Under the pieces are notes generated by a model. That model made no database searches, was not told where the DNA came from, and saw only the letters and a program-made list of their open reading frames with translations. Below are positions 8,909-16,885 of a DNA stretch of 64,000 nt, one piece after another. Numbering within the stretch: the stretch's first letter is position 1; every line of letters starts with the position of its first letter. A program made the position numbers and the translations under genes. The stretch covers positions 1-64,000 of the IMG/VR virus record IMGVR_UViG_3300029288_000120; one strand, 5' to 3'. Source of the DNA: a virus (Duplodnaviria; Caudoviricetes).

Positions 8909-9595
8909 ATGCCCTCTACAGCATCAGAATGGCTAGCCAATAATCCAAATCAAGCAGAAGAACTGGGGGAAGTTCTAATAGCTAATGGGGTATCTGTTGA
9001 TTTTCTAACCGAATACCCAGATTGGATGATGGATAGCATAGCCCAACAACTAACAGATACTTTTGGGCAAGACTACTGGGATGATATTCAAGCCACTTTT
9101 GGTACCGATGTTAATCAGATTCTCGATGCTGGTATTAAGAATGGTAAATCAATTAGACAGATAGCAGAAGAGTTAAGGGATATAGGTGATGAGTATTCGT
9201 TGTCAAGGGCAACTAATATAGCCCGTACAGAAGCCGGTAACGCTTTGAATGGCGCCCGCAAAGCCTCAATGGATGAATTGACAAGCGATCCCCAGCTCAT
9301 GGGCACACTGAGGCCTGTATGGCTTTCTGTGTTGGGTACAACAACAAGGGCCACACATGCCAATCTTGATGGTGTTCCAGCAGACAAAGATGGTATGTGG
9401 GAATTAGCAGGATATAGAATACCCTGGCCCGGTCATTATAGTTTGCCTCCTGGTGAGAGGTGTAACTGCCAATGCACACCTAGGCTTGAGTACGGGTTGC
9501 AGGATCAAGATGCTGAGGGTTATATAGAGGAGTACAACAATAGAGTAAGTGAATACAACGAAGGCAAGATGTATAACCAAAAGGAACAACAATGA
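8909..9595 (+). CDS. Phage head morphogenesis protein (MuF / SPP1 gp7 domain)
   Basis: RATNIARTEAGNALN, W.S....TRATH..LDG, PG...LPPGERCNCQC. Confidence 0.9.
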   Translation: MPSTASEWLANNPNQAEELGEVLIANGVSVDFLTEYPDWMMDSIAQQLTDTFGQDYWDDIQATFGTDVNQILDAGIKNGKSIRQIAEELRDIGDEYSLSRATNIARTEAGNALNGARKASMDELTSDPQLMGTLRPVWLSVLGTTTRATHANLDGVPADKDGMWELAGYRIPWPGHYSLPPGERCNCQCTPRLEYGLQDQDAEGYIEEYNNRVSEYNEGKMYNQKEQQ

Positions 9596-9897
9596 GCAGG
9601 TTGTTGAGTGAAAAAATACAAAGGGAAGTGCTGAGGCTAAAAGATACTACTTCGAATAGAGCTATTGGTAGAATGTTGGGAATCTCAAGGTTAACCGTAG
9701 CAGAAATCATAAAGAGAAACTGCATTAAGTACTACACAAAGAAACCTACAGAAGAAACCATAGATGATCTAGTTTATACCACATCTGGAGAAATGGGAAG
9801 ATGCCCTATCTGTGGAGCTAAAGCAATACTACCCTGCCGGGAATGTATAATAGGGGAGTGGAAGAAAAAACACACAATGAAAGCAAATCAATCATAG
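9592..9897 (+). CDS. HTH + zinc-finger protein
   Basis: SNRAIGRMLGISRLTV HTH; CPICG...CREC. Confidence 0.7.
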   Translation: MSRLLSEKIQREVLRLKDTTSNRAIGRMLGISRLTVAEIIKRNCIKYYTKKPTEETIDDLVYTTSGEMGRCPICGAKAILPCRECIIGEWKKKHTMKANQS

Positions 9898-9941
9898 TAC
9901 AATCACTATAGGGAAAGCATCTATCTATCAGGATACAAACA

Positions 9942-10259
9942 ATGCAAAAAATAAGCATAGATAACTCCATTGCAATACTAGAATGTGGTGTCTGGAAATC
10001 AACAGATACAAAGCTACAAAACATGCTTAACAGTATGATGTCATTCGAAGAAAAAACAGATAGGAGACTGGAAAAAGGAACAGCCATGCGACTGGCAAAG
10101 ATATTTGATGGATACTACTGTAGGGAAGAAGAAACAAATAGTATCCCCCTAGAAAACAACACGAATAACAATAACGACGAAACAGTAGAAGAACGTGTGA
10201 GAAGAAGAGGTATGTGTACCATACTAAGGGAAAGGTTAAGAAACCTCAAACAAGAATAA
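9942..10259 (+). CDS. Paralog of 8648..8884
   Basis: AILECGVWKSTDTKLQNMLNSM aligns with AELTDWKWSSSNEELAKKLNSL. Confidence 0.6.
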   Translation: MQKISIDNSIAILECGVWKSTDTKLQNMLNSMMSFEEKTDRRLEKGTAMRLAKIFDGYYCREEETNSIPLENNTNNNNDETVEERVRRRGMCTILRERLRNLKQE

Positions 10260-10275
10260 AGGAATAACAGTGATA

Positions 10276-10599
10276 ATGGCTAGAAGAAACAATGTGATAC
10301 ATAATAATGTTCTGCAAACTAGTGACCAAGATACCATACAGTTGTGCTTAGCAGTACAAGACAGGTTTATTGCTATTACTGGATCTTGGTTAAGAGTTAC
10401 TGGAAATCAGCTTATTCCCCCTAAAAACATGGATAAAGACATGTTACTATGGAGGAAGATGGTAGCTAGGTTTAGAAGGCATGACTATAGGAATACAATA
10501 GACGAACTAGCAGCCACAAGGCGTATAGCACAGTGGACAGTTGATATGAATAACAAGCTACGAAACCAGCCAGAGAAAAAAGTGGAATGGAAGAAATAG
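10276..10599 (+). CDS. Hypothetical protein
   Basis: ORF with RBS within the operon. Confidence 0.55.
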   Translation: MARRNNVIHNNVLQTSDQDTIQLCLAVQDRFIAITGSWLRVTGNQLIPPKNMDKDMLLWRKMVARFRRHDYRNTIDELAATRRIAQWTVDMNNKLRNQPEKKVEWKK

Positions 10600-11258
10600 C
10601 AAAGGTAAAATCCATTAAACATACAATAGGGAGACAAAGAAAAATGTGGCCTTGGAATGGAGTAAATGAGATCCTCACAAAGTTGATTCGTTTGGAGGAT
10701 AAAGTCGTACAGGGATTCAGTTGTATAGGCAACGAATTACTTAGCTTGAAAATCAAGTTAGACAGTATAGAAGCGGCTGTTAGAGTTGTTATCTTCAGGT
10801 TATTAGAGCCTGAAGAATTTGATGTTACGTTACTTTCCCAGAAGGAGGAAATCATTATGGGACAAAAGAAGCAAGTGTTTACTTATCAGGTTGCAATCAA
10901 TGCTCCAAAAAAGAGCGATGTTGCAAACCAGCAATTTGTGGCTCGTGGGGTTTTTGAAAGTGTTGAAAAGCCTGTTACCGAGCTGGTTTGGAATTTGGAC
11001 CCTGTAGCTCAAGTGTTGCAAGTCAAGGCTATCCTTGACGAGTCTGTAACTCTGGAATTGAGCTATACAGATGCAGCAGGGAATCCTACTACACCTCGGT
11101 CCACAACGTTCAAGGTTGAGGACAAGGTATCTCCAGAAGCACCCGATGTTGATTCCTTCAACATTACTCAATTGCCTATTCAGGAGGAAGTTGAGTTGCC
11201 AGATCCTACACCGGAGCCTGAACCTGAACCTGAGGAAGAGTCAGACGATTCTTATTGA
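10587..11258 (+). CDS. Hypothetical protein with Ig-like beta domain and PE-rich tail
   Basis: YTDAAGN...DKVSPEAP motif typical of Ig-like domains; strong internal RBS and ATG at 10857. Confidence 0.6.
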   Translation: MEEIAKVKSIKHTIGRQRKMWPWNGVNEILTKLIRLEDKVVQGFSCIGNELLSLKIKLDSIEAAVRVVIFRLLEPEEFDVTLLSQKEEIIMGQKKQVFTYQVAINAPKKSDVANQQFVARGVFESVEKPVTELVWNLDPVAQVLQVKAILDESVTLELSYTDAAGNPTTPRSTTFKVEDKVSPEAPDVDSFNITQLPIQEEVELPDPTPEPEPEPEEESDDSY

Positions 11259-11278
11259 TTGAAAGAGTGTCGGTCAGG

Positions 11279-11356
11279 GAGTAGAAGCTGGACGTGTATT
11301 TTGGTTGCTTTAATGCTGTACGCCAAAATGCTCTAGAGCTTCTACTCTTTTTCTTT
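11279..11356 (+). terminator. Long-stem intrinsic terminator
   Basis: GAGTAGAAGCT(11279-89)/AGCTTCTACTC(11337-47) stem, inner ATTTTGG/CCAAAAT stem, then TTTTTCTTT. Confidence 0.75.
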
Positions 11357-11365
11357 GTAGGGGAA

Positions 11366-11371
11366 TATAAT
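11366..11371 (+). promoter_or_regulatory. -10 promoter element
   Basis: TATAAT immediately after the terminator and before a new gene block; no clear -35. Confidence 0.5.
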
Positions 11372-11396
11372 AAGGGACACGAAAGGAAGAAAACAA

Positions 11397-11492
11397 ATGA
11401 AAGAAGATGATACCCCCTTAATATCGTTACTGTTATCCCAACTAATACTCTGGTTGGTTGTTGTATGGACAATTGTAAGGCTATACAGTTAA
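11397..11492 (+). CDS. 31-aa single-TM peptide
   Basis: MKEDDTPLISLLLSQLILWLVVVWTIVRLYS; AAGGA RBS. Confidence 0.55.
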   Translation: MKEDDTPLISLLLSQLILWLVVVWTIVRLYS

Positions 11493-11507
11493 AAGGAGGA
11501 AAATACC

Positions 11508-11744
11508 ATGAACCAAAACATGCCCAGATTGGCTGAGGTTAGTTGTAGCAGGTTGAAATTTGACCCTGGAGATAAATTGTTGGTAAGAACAACCTTTCGT
11601 TTGGATGCTACACAAGAGAAGAATTTGAGGGCACAAATTTGTAAGTGGGCAGGTTGTGAAGTGGCCATATACATATATTGTGTGCTTGATATGGATATAC
11701 AGGTTGGAAAGAAAATGTCTGAACAGTTGAGTATTCCCCGATGA
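11508..11744 (+). CDS. Hypothetical protein
   Basis: AGGAGG RBS. Confidence 0.65.
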   Translation: MNQNMPRLAEVSCSRLKFDPGDKLLVRTTFRLDATQEKNLRAQICKWAGCEVAIYIYCVLDMDIQVGKKMSEQLSIPR

Positions 11745-12040
11745 AAGAGAAATTGCCTTTTACAAGCACAACCATGCCAAAACTTAGTTGGCCTATGTAC
11801 GTGTGTAGTGAATGCAGCATACCATTGACTGAGAGAGAAGCAGTATTTCTTGACTCACTCAACAACATAACAAAATACCCAGTTTGTGGATCTTGTTACG
11901 AGAGAAACATAAGGATGTCATGTAGTCAATTTTCTACTATGGCCAGACGATCAGATTACTTCAATCAAAGAAGACCTTGTGCTGTTGATAGAGGAAAGAC
12001 TAGGACTTTTGACTTTTCCCAAACGGAAGAACAAAAATGA
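11741..12040 (+). CDS. Zinc-finger hypothetical protein
   Basis: CSEC...CGSC; ends RTFDFSQTEEQK. Confidence 0.6.
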   Translation: MKEKLPFTSTTMPKLSWPMYVCSECSIPLTEREAVFLDSLNNITKYPVCGSCYERNIRMSCSQFSTMARRSDYFNQRRPCAVDRGKTRTFDFSQTEEQK

Positions 12041-12366
12041 ATAATTTCTTGTCACCATTAAAAATGGGTACCTGTGTTACTGTAGAGATAACCAATGAAA
12101 AAGGGGAAACAGTATCTTTCCAGGCCACTGGTGTTGATTATAATGTGTCCTACAATGAATCTAATTTTGCTACCGAAGATGGGCAGATGTACAGAATCTC
12201 GGGAAGACCTGAAAGAATACTTACCTTGAGTCTCCTGAATGATGAAGTAACCATGAAGAGAAAAAGTAAAGGTAAGGAAAAGGTAGAACAGGTACAAGCT
12301 CAGGAAATCTTTACTAAGAGAAGATCTTTTGACTTTTCTCAAACAGAAGAACAAGAGGAGATATAA
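12037..12366 (+). CDS. Hypothetical protein
   Basis: ATGA overlap; ends RRSFDFSQTEEQEEI. Confidence 0.6.
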   Translation: MNNFLSPLKMGTCVTVEITNEKGETVSFQATGVDYNVSYNESNFATEDGQMYRISGRPERILTLSLLNDEVTMKRKSKGKEKVEQVQAQEIFTKRRSFDFSQTEEQEEI

Positions 12367-12371
12367 TAGGG

Positions 12372-12617
12372 ATGGCAGCAAATGCAAACTACAAAGAGGT
12401 AATCAAGGATGATGAGTCGTTGGCGATATTTATAAGAAGCATGTCCAAGTTTGAGAAGAGTTTCTGTGAGGCAATGGTAGCAGGTATCGACTTCACTATG
12501 AAGATGGAGATACACGGAAACAAGGGAGAGTTAATTCATTGTAGAGTATACAATGATGGGTTTGAGAGACCCAAAAGGTTTGAAACCAGAGAATCACAAA
12601 GGAGAACACAAGAATGA
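12372..12617 (+). CDS. Hypothetical protein
   Basis: Operon packing. Confidence 0.6.
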   Translation: MAANANYKEVIKDDESLAIFIRSMSKFEKSFCEAMVAGIDFTMKMEIHGNKGELIHCRVYNDGFERPKRFETRESQRRTQE

Positions 12618-13051
12618 AAAACAAGAGATGGGTGGTGGAAACCCCAGTGTTGAGATACTACGATTGGATGAGGGCTTTCGAACTGATAGTATGTGACCCA
12701 TCAGAAAAAGAGTATCTCGATAAATTTGATCGCGATAAATTTGTTGTGGGATATCATTTTCTAAGTCTGATGTTTGATATGAAGGATGTGGTTAATAAGG
12801 GAGTAGTTATTGCCAACAAAATCTCATTAAGGTTTTCCTCCACACCATCAAAACAATCTGTACCAGTTAGAGTGAGAAACTTTGGTGACTTTGGTGGATT
12901 GAGATGGAAGAAAGAAAGTGGGCATCGTCAATATAGTTTTTTGTGGCAAGGATTTGAGGAATGGTTAAGTGACCAGAAACCATTCTGTAATCTAAAAAGA
13001 GATGAGTCTATTATTGCTCATGTTACGATGTATATACATCCAGAAGAATAA
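12614..13051 (+). CDS. Hypothetical protein (paralog A)
   Basis: Aligns end to end with 13065..13442. Confidence 0.65.
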   Translation: MKNKRWVVETPVLRYYDWMRAFELIVCDPSEKEYLDKFDRDKFVVGYHFLSLMFDMKDVVNKGVVIANKISLRFSSTPSKQSVPVRVRNFGDFGGLRWKKESGHRQYSFLWQGFEEWLSDQKPFCNLKRDESIIAHVTMYIHPEE

Positions 13052-13064
13052 GGAGGTAAACAAA

Positions 13065-13442
13065 ATGAAAAACTTCAGGTATGAAACCCCAGTACTTTAT
13101 AGAGAGTCACTTTGGGGTACGTATGATGACAATGATGGAAATATGTTTTTACCGGATGACCAAGTAAGTGCTCTCTATGAGGTAGGGGAAGAACTACCAG
13201 AAAGAATCTCGTTAGTAGTTTCCAGTAAACCCACAAAACAAGCAGTACTCATGCGTATAAAAAGGTATGATGATACTTACTGGGATACCTTTTTAATGAG
13301 GGAAGAACTCAACAAGAGTTGTAAGTACTTTCGTACTTATAGTGGACTCGGAGAGTTCTTAGATAACCTAGAACCCTTCAAAAGTATGGGTCACAGCGAA
13401 ACCATTCTTGTGTATGTCACTCTTTACATACACTCAAAATAA
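13065..13442 (+). CDS. Hypothetical protein (paralog B)
   Basis: AGGAGGT RBS; ETPVL, ISL..SS.P.KQ and VT.YIH shared with 12614..13051. Confidence 0.65.
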   Translation: MKNFRYETPVLYRESLWGTYDDNDGNMFLPDDQVSALYEVGEELPERISLVVSSKPTKQAVLMRIKRYDDTYWDTFLMREELNKSCKYFRTYSGLGEFLDNLEPFKSMGHSETILVYVTLYIHSK

Positions 13443-13526
13443 TTTTCTAAAGTCCCTATTGTGACCGGTTTCTCAGTTCTATATATTTATAGTCATAAGA
13501 GAAACACATCTAGGCGTTCCAAATAG

Positions 13527-13569
13527 AAGCTGCGATGGATAAAAGACAAAGTCCGTCACAGCTTTTTTT
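13527..13569 (+). terminator. Intrinsic terminator
   Basis: AAGCTG-C-GATGGA / TCCGTC-A-CAGCTT stem followed by a T-run. Confidence 0.7.
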
Positions 13570-13587
13570 ATTCTATGGAGACAAATA

Positions 13588-14316
13588 ATGTCAAAGAATG
13601 TTACGTTTGGTTTGGGGTTACCAGTAGGATTGGCAACAAGACAGTTGACCATTTCCCGCATGATGAAGGCAGGAGATGACACGGTTCCTGCTGCTACCCA
13701 TGATGCCGATGCAGGAGCTGCCGCTACAAGTGTGGTAGTTAACCTAGCAGACAACACAATCTGGCAGGCAGTGTTGATAGATACAAAATCTACTGGGGAA
13801 GTAAGCACACCCGATATTTTGAATTTCCATACAGGGTCGTTACAATTCCCTGGACCATCGTCTGGGGATCGCTTGTCAATTCTCTCCATGGAAGATCTGT
13901 CCAGCAGCTCTAGTTCTAGCAGTACTAGTGCTAGTAGTGCTTCCAGTGTATCGAGTAGTTCTAGCAGTGCATCGAGTGAAACATCTGAATCGAGCAGCTC
14001 GTCCAGCACATCCAGCACATCCAGTGTCAGTAGTGCCTCGACCAGCTCGTCGCCCAGCTCCAGCAGTGCTTCGAGTGGAAGTTCCAGTAGCCCCTCCAGT
14101 TACTCGAGCAATTCCAGTATTTCTACAAGTGTTTCCAGCGTCAGCAGTGTCAGTAGTATATCGACAAGCAGCCAATCTGCCAGTAGTCAATCTGCTAGCA
14201 GCATAAGCAGTTCTAGTTGGAGTAGTTTGTCAACAAGTCAGTCTTCTGCTAGTAGCATTTCCAACAGTAGTTCGTCGAGCAGCATAAGCAGTTCCAGCTT
14301 CTCGTCGCCTTGGTAA
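13588..14316 (+). CDS. Putative virion protein: ~100-aa beta domain + ~135-aa poly-Ser tail
   Basis: GGAG RBS; first gene of the capsid block; Ser encoded by mixed TCN/AGY codons. Confidence 0.7.
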   Translation: MSKNVTFGLGLPVGLATRQLTISRMMKAGDDTVPAATHDADAGAAATSVVVNLADNTIWQAVLIDTKSTGEVSTPDILNFHTGSLQFPGPSSGDRLSILSMEDLSSSSSSSSTSASSASSVSSSSSSASSETSESSSSSSTSSTSSVSSASTSSSPSSSSASSGSSSSPSSYSSNSSISTSVSSVSSVSSISTSSQSASSQSASSISSSSWSSLSTSQSSASSISNSSSSSSISSSSFSSPW

Positions 14317-14332
14317 GAAAGGAACATAGAAG

Positions 14333-14617
14333 ATGTTAGAGTTACCAAAAAACCATTTCAACAATGTAATCAGGGCTATTAAACTTGGTGAAATTGTTCG
14401 GGTTAGAGAAATCCGAACGGCAACGTTCAATACCCTGAAAAGATTGGGTGTTGAGCGAGACCTGAAATGTGGTATCAGGAAAACCCCGGCTGGTTCAGAC
14501 CAAGTGGATATAGGTTCCATTGTTACTTGGTTAAAGAAAATCACTGCAGATGACACCGCTGCCATTAAGCAGTTGGTGACAATTGATGCCACGGCTTGTA
14601 AAAGGATGAATGAGTAG
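14333..14617 (+). CDS. Hypothetical protein
   Basis: RBS; operon packing. Confidence 0.6.
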   Translation: MLELPKNHFNNVIRAIKLGEIVRVREIRTATFNTLKRLGVERDLKCGIRKTPAGSDQVDIGSIVTWLKKITADDTAAIKQLVTIDATACKRMNE

Positions 14618-14906
14618 TATGTTTATCTCTTTTGAACAAGTTTCCGCCACTGCCACATTGAAGACTGCTGCTGATTTGACTATACCAGCTAACGCTACCT
14701 CAGTAGAGTTGCAGGCAACAAGTCAAAATGTCAGTTACACAATGGACAACACAACTACTCCCACACAGACTGCGGGTATGATGTTGTTGACCACAGCAGA
14801 ACCCAAAATGTTTGATATAGATGATTTGCGACGTATCAGATTTGTAAGAGGGGCGGGATCTGATGGGGCACTAAACATACACTACGCAGCAGGAAGGGAT
14901 GTATAA
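14610..14906 (+). CDS. Small beta-rich putative structural protein
   Basis: A/T/S-rich; V.YT.D..TPT...G pattern; located in the capsid block. Confidence 0.55.
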   Translation: MSSMFISFEQVSATATLKTAADLTIPANATSVELQATSQNVSYTMDNTTTPTQTAGMMLLTTAEPKMFDIDDLRRIRFVRGAGSDGALNIHYAAGRDV

Positions 14907-14909
14907 AAC

Positions 14910-16820
14910 ATGCCAATTCCAAAGCCTAAAACTGGAGAGGAAAAAGATAAGTTCGTATCCAGGTGTATGGCTGATAGTGTAATGAACGAGGAATACCCAG
15001 ATAACAAGCAGAGAGCTGCTATTTGTTACTTACAATGGAAGTCAAAATCTATGTTAGATAATGATTGGTTGATAGATCAAATTCGTGGTAGAAAAGAAAA
15101 GCTTACCAGTTTTGGTCGAGGCATTACTACAGCAGATAACTATGTCAAGACCTTGGCAGATGCTGCTGGACTAGATGTCTGCTATAAGAGATTAGCAACT
15201 CGCAGCATTAGTTTTGACGACATTCTGCAAAAGGCAGCTCAGACACTGGTATATAGCAACGATGAGATGGAATTGGAAAGCAAAGCCGATTCTAGTCATC
15301 GTTTCAAAGAGATAATGAAGGGATTGCCCCGGGACATCAAGTTGCCTAAGAATACCTTGATGTTGTTCGTTCACAAACTTACAACTTCAATAGAGGATCG
15401 GGATAAGGATATTCTTCACTCCGAAGGAATGGAACTGGATCCCAAAATGCTACTTTTGTGGCAGCATATACATACGATGCCAATTGGCAAGTACTTGTAT
15501 ACCATATCCCAAAACGATAAGAGCGTGCGGGTATTGTCAGCTATTGTGGATATCAATGACACTTCCCATGATGCTGCCGTTATGGTAGACAACGGGATGG
15601 GAAGATTCAGCCACGGTTTCAAGGCAACAGAATTCCAGAAACGCAAATCAGTAAATGGAAAAGAGACAGGTGGATTTGAAATTCACAAGGCAGAAATAAT
15701 GGAAGAATCTCTCGTGAGTGTTCCTGCCAATCCTGGGGCGGAGACAGAGGATGTCTTGTTGTCCTTGATTGAAGGAGGGAAACTAACATCCCCCATTATG
15801 AAATCCATAGGACAGACATTGCGTGAGAAGAAGCCCACTATGGTTCCAGGTATTACATATCGGGAAGTAAATGGGAAGTGGGGTAAAGAAGTTACCTGTG
15901 CGTCGTTTGATGAACTAAAGAAAATGGCCGATTATGGTATACTTATCGGCATAAAGAAGGAGGAAGAAAATGAGGACTTGTCGGGAACTGGAACAGGAGA
16001 GGGAGAGGCAGGAGAAGAAGAGAACACAACCAGCACACCAGAAGAAACCGATGACAATGGAGACGAAGTCAGCAACGAGGAAGAAAAGTCAGCCAGTAAC
16101 AAGGAAATGAAAGCAATGAGCACTTACAAGTGTTCGAGTTGTGGCTATAAGCAACAGGGAAATGAGCTTCTAAAGGATTCAATTTGTCCCGAGTGTGGTG
16201 GTCCCATGTTGAAAGTGGGAAAAGAAGCAGAAACAGAAGAGAAGTCAATGTATGTAAATCCCAGTGGATCATATGAAGATATTTCCCAGAAGTTAAACAA
16301 GTCCATTCGAGATACATATGGTGAGAAATCCAGTGTTTCAGCAACATTCCCAGACAAAGTCATTTTCCAAAAAGAATGGGATGGTCCTTACTTCTCAGTA
16401 AACTGGCAAATGTCCGGTGATAGCATCGAATTCATAGGGGAGCCTAAAAAGGTAAAAGTCGATATTACCAAGTCGTTTCTCAATATGGAAACAAAACAAG
16501 GAAGAACGATTTCGAAGTCAAACGAAACCAAGATTAAGGATGCTCGTGAAGACATAAAAGAAGCATCTCGTGTAGAAGGTTTGACTCGTGGTTGTCTGGC
16601 CTTGTTGAACAAAGCATTTAACTCCCTTGGAGAAGTACTCAAGTCATTGGGTACAGAAGAGGAAGTTACAAAGGAACTTTCAATAGAGGAGGCAAAGGTT
16701 GTCTTCCTAAAGAATGCAACAACAGATGACAGAGAACAGATGCAAAAGCTTCTGAAAGCTTTGTCTGTTGTTGAAGAGCGGAAACAAACCACCAAGTGGT
16801 TTAAGTCGCTGAAGAAGTAA
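14910..16820 (+). CDS. Prohead protease (HK97 gp4 / S78 type) with N- and C-terminal extensions
   Basis: DRDKDIL, LLWQH...PIGK, FSHGF, EESLVSVPANP; internal CSSC..CPEC ribbon; directly upstream of the capsid gene. Confidence 0.88.
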   Translation: MPIPKPKTGEEKDKFVSRCMADSVMNEEYPDNKQRAAICYLQWKSKSMLDNDWLIDQIRGRKEKLTSFGRGITTADNYVKTLADAAGLDVCYKRLATRSISFDDILQKAAQTLVYSNDEMELESKADSSHRFKEIMKGLPRDIKLPKNTLMLFVHKLTTSIEDRDKDILHSEGMELDPKMLLLWQHIHTMPIGKYLYTISQNDKSVRVLSAIVDINDTSHDAAVMVDNGMGRFSHGFKATEFQKRKSVNGKETGGFEIHKAEIMEESLVSVPANPGAETEDVLLSLIEGGKLTSPIMKSIGQTLREKKPTMVPGITYREVNGKWGKEVTCASFDELKKMADYGILIGIKKEEENEDLSGTGTGEGEAGEEENTTSTPEETDDNGDEVSNEEEKSASNKEMKAMSTYKCSSCGYKQQGNELLKDSICPECGGPMLKVGKEAETEEKSMYVNPSGSYEDISQKLNKSIRDTYGEKSSVSATFPDKVIFQKEWDGPYFSVNWQMSGDSIEFIGEPKKVKVDITKSFLNMETKQGRTISKSNETKIKDAREDIKEASRVEGLTRGCLALLNKAFNSLGEVLKSLGTEEEVTKELSIEEAKVVFLKNATTDDREQMQKLLKALSVVEERKQTTKWFKSLKK

Positions 16821-16885
16821 AGAGTGGGAATTGTATTTTCGCTACTCTTTTGTTTTTACTCGTAAAGTAGAGGAGGTAGTCCATA

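Noticed and set aside
13479-14206. Minus-strand and alternative-frame ORFs over the Ser-rich genes (also 20769..21059 and 30049..30633)
   Set aside because: These are shadow ORFs caused by stop-poor Ser codon runs; they give L/E/V-rich low-complexity translations.
15970-16110. Alternative-frame ORF with AGGAGG RBS inside the protease gene
   Set aside because: The RBS-like sequence is explained by Glu/Lys codons of the main frame, and the peptide has no recognisable features.
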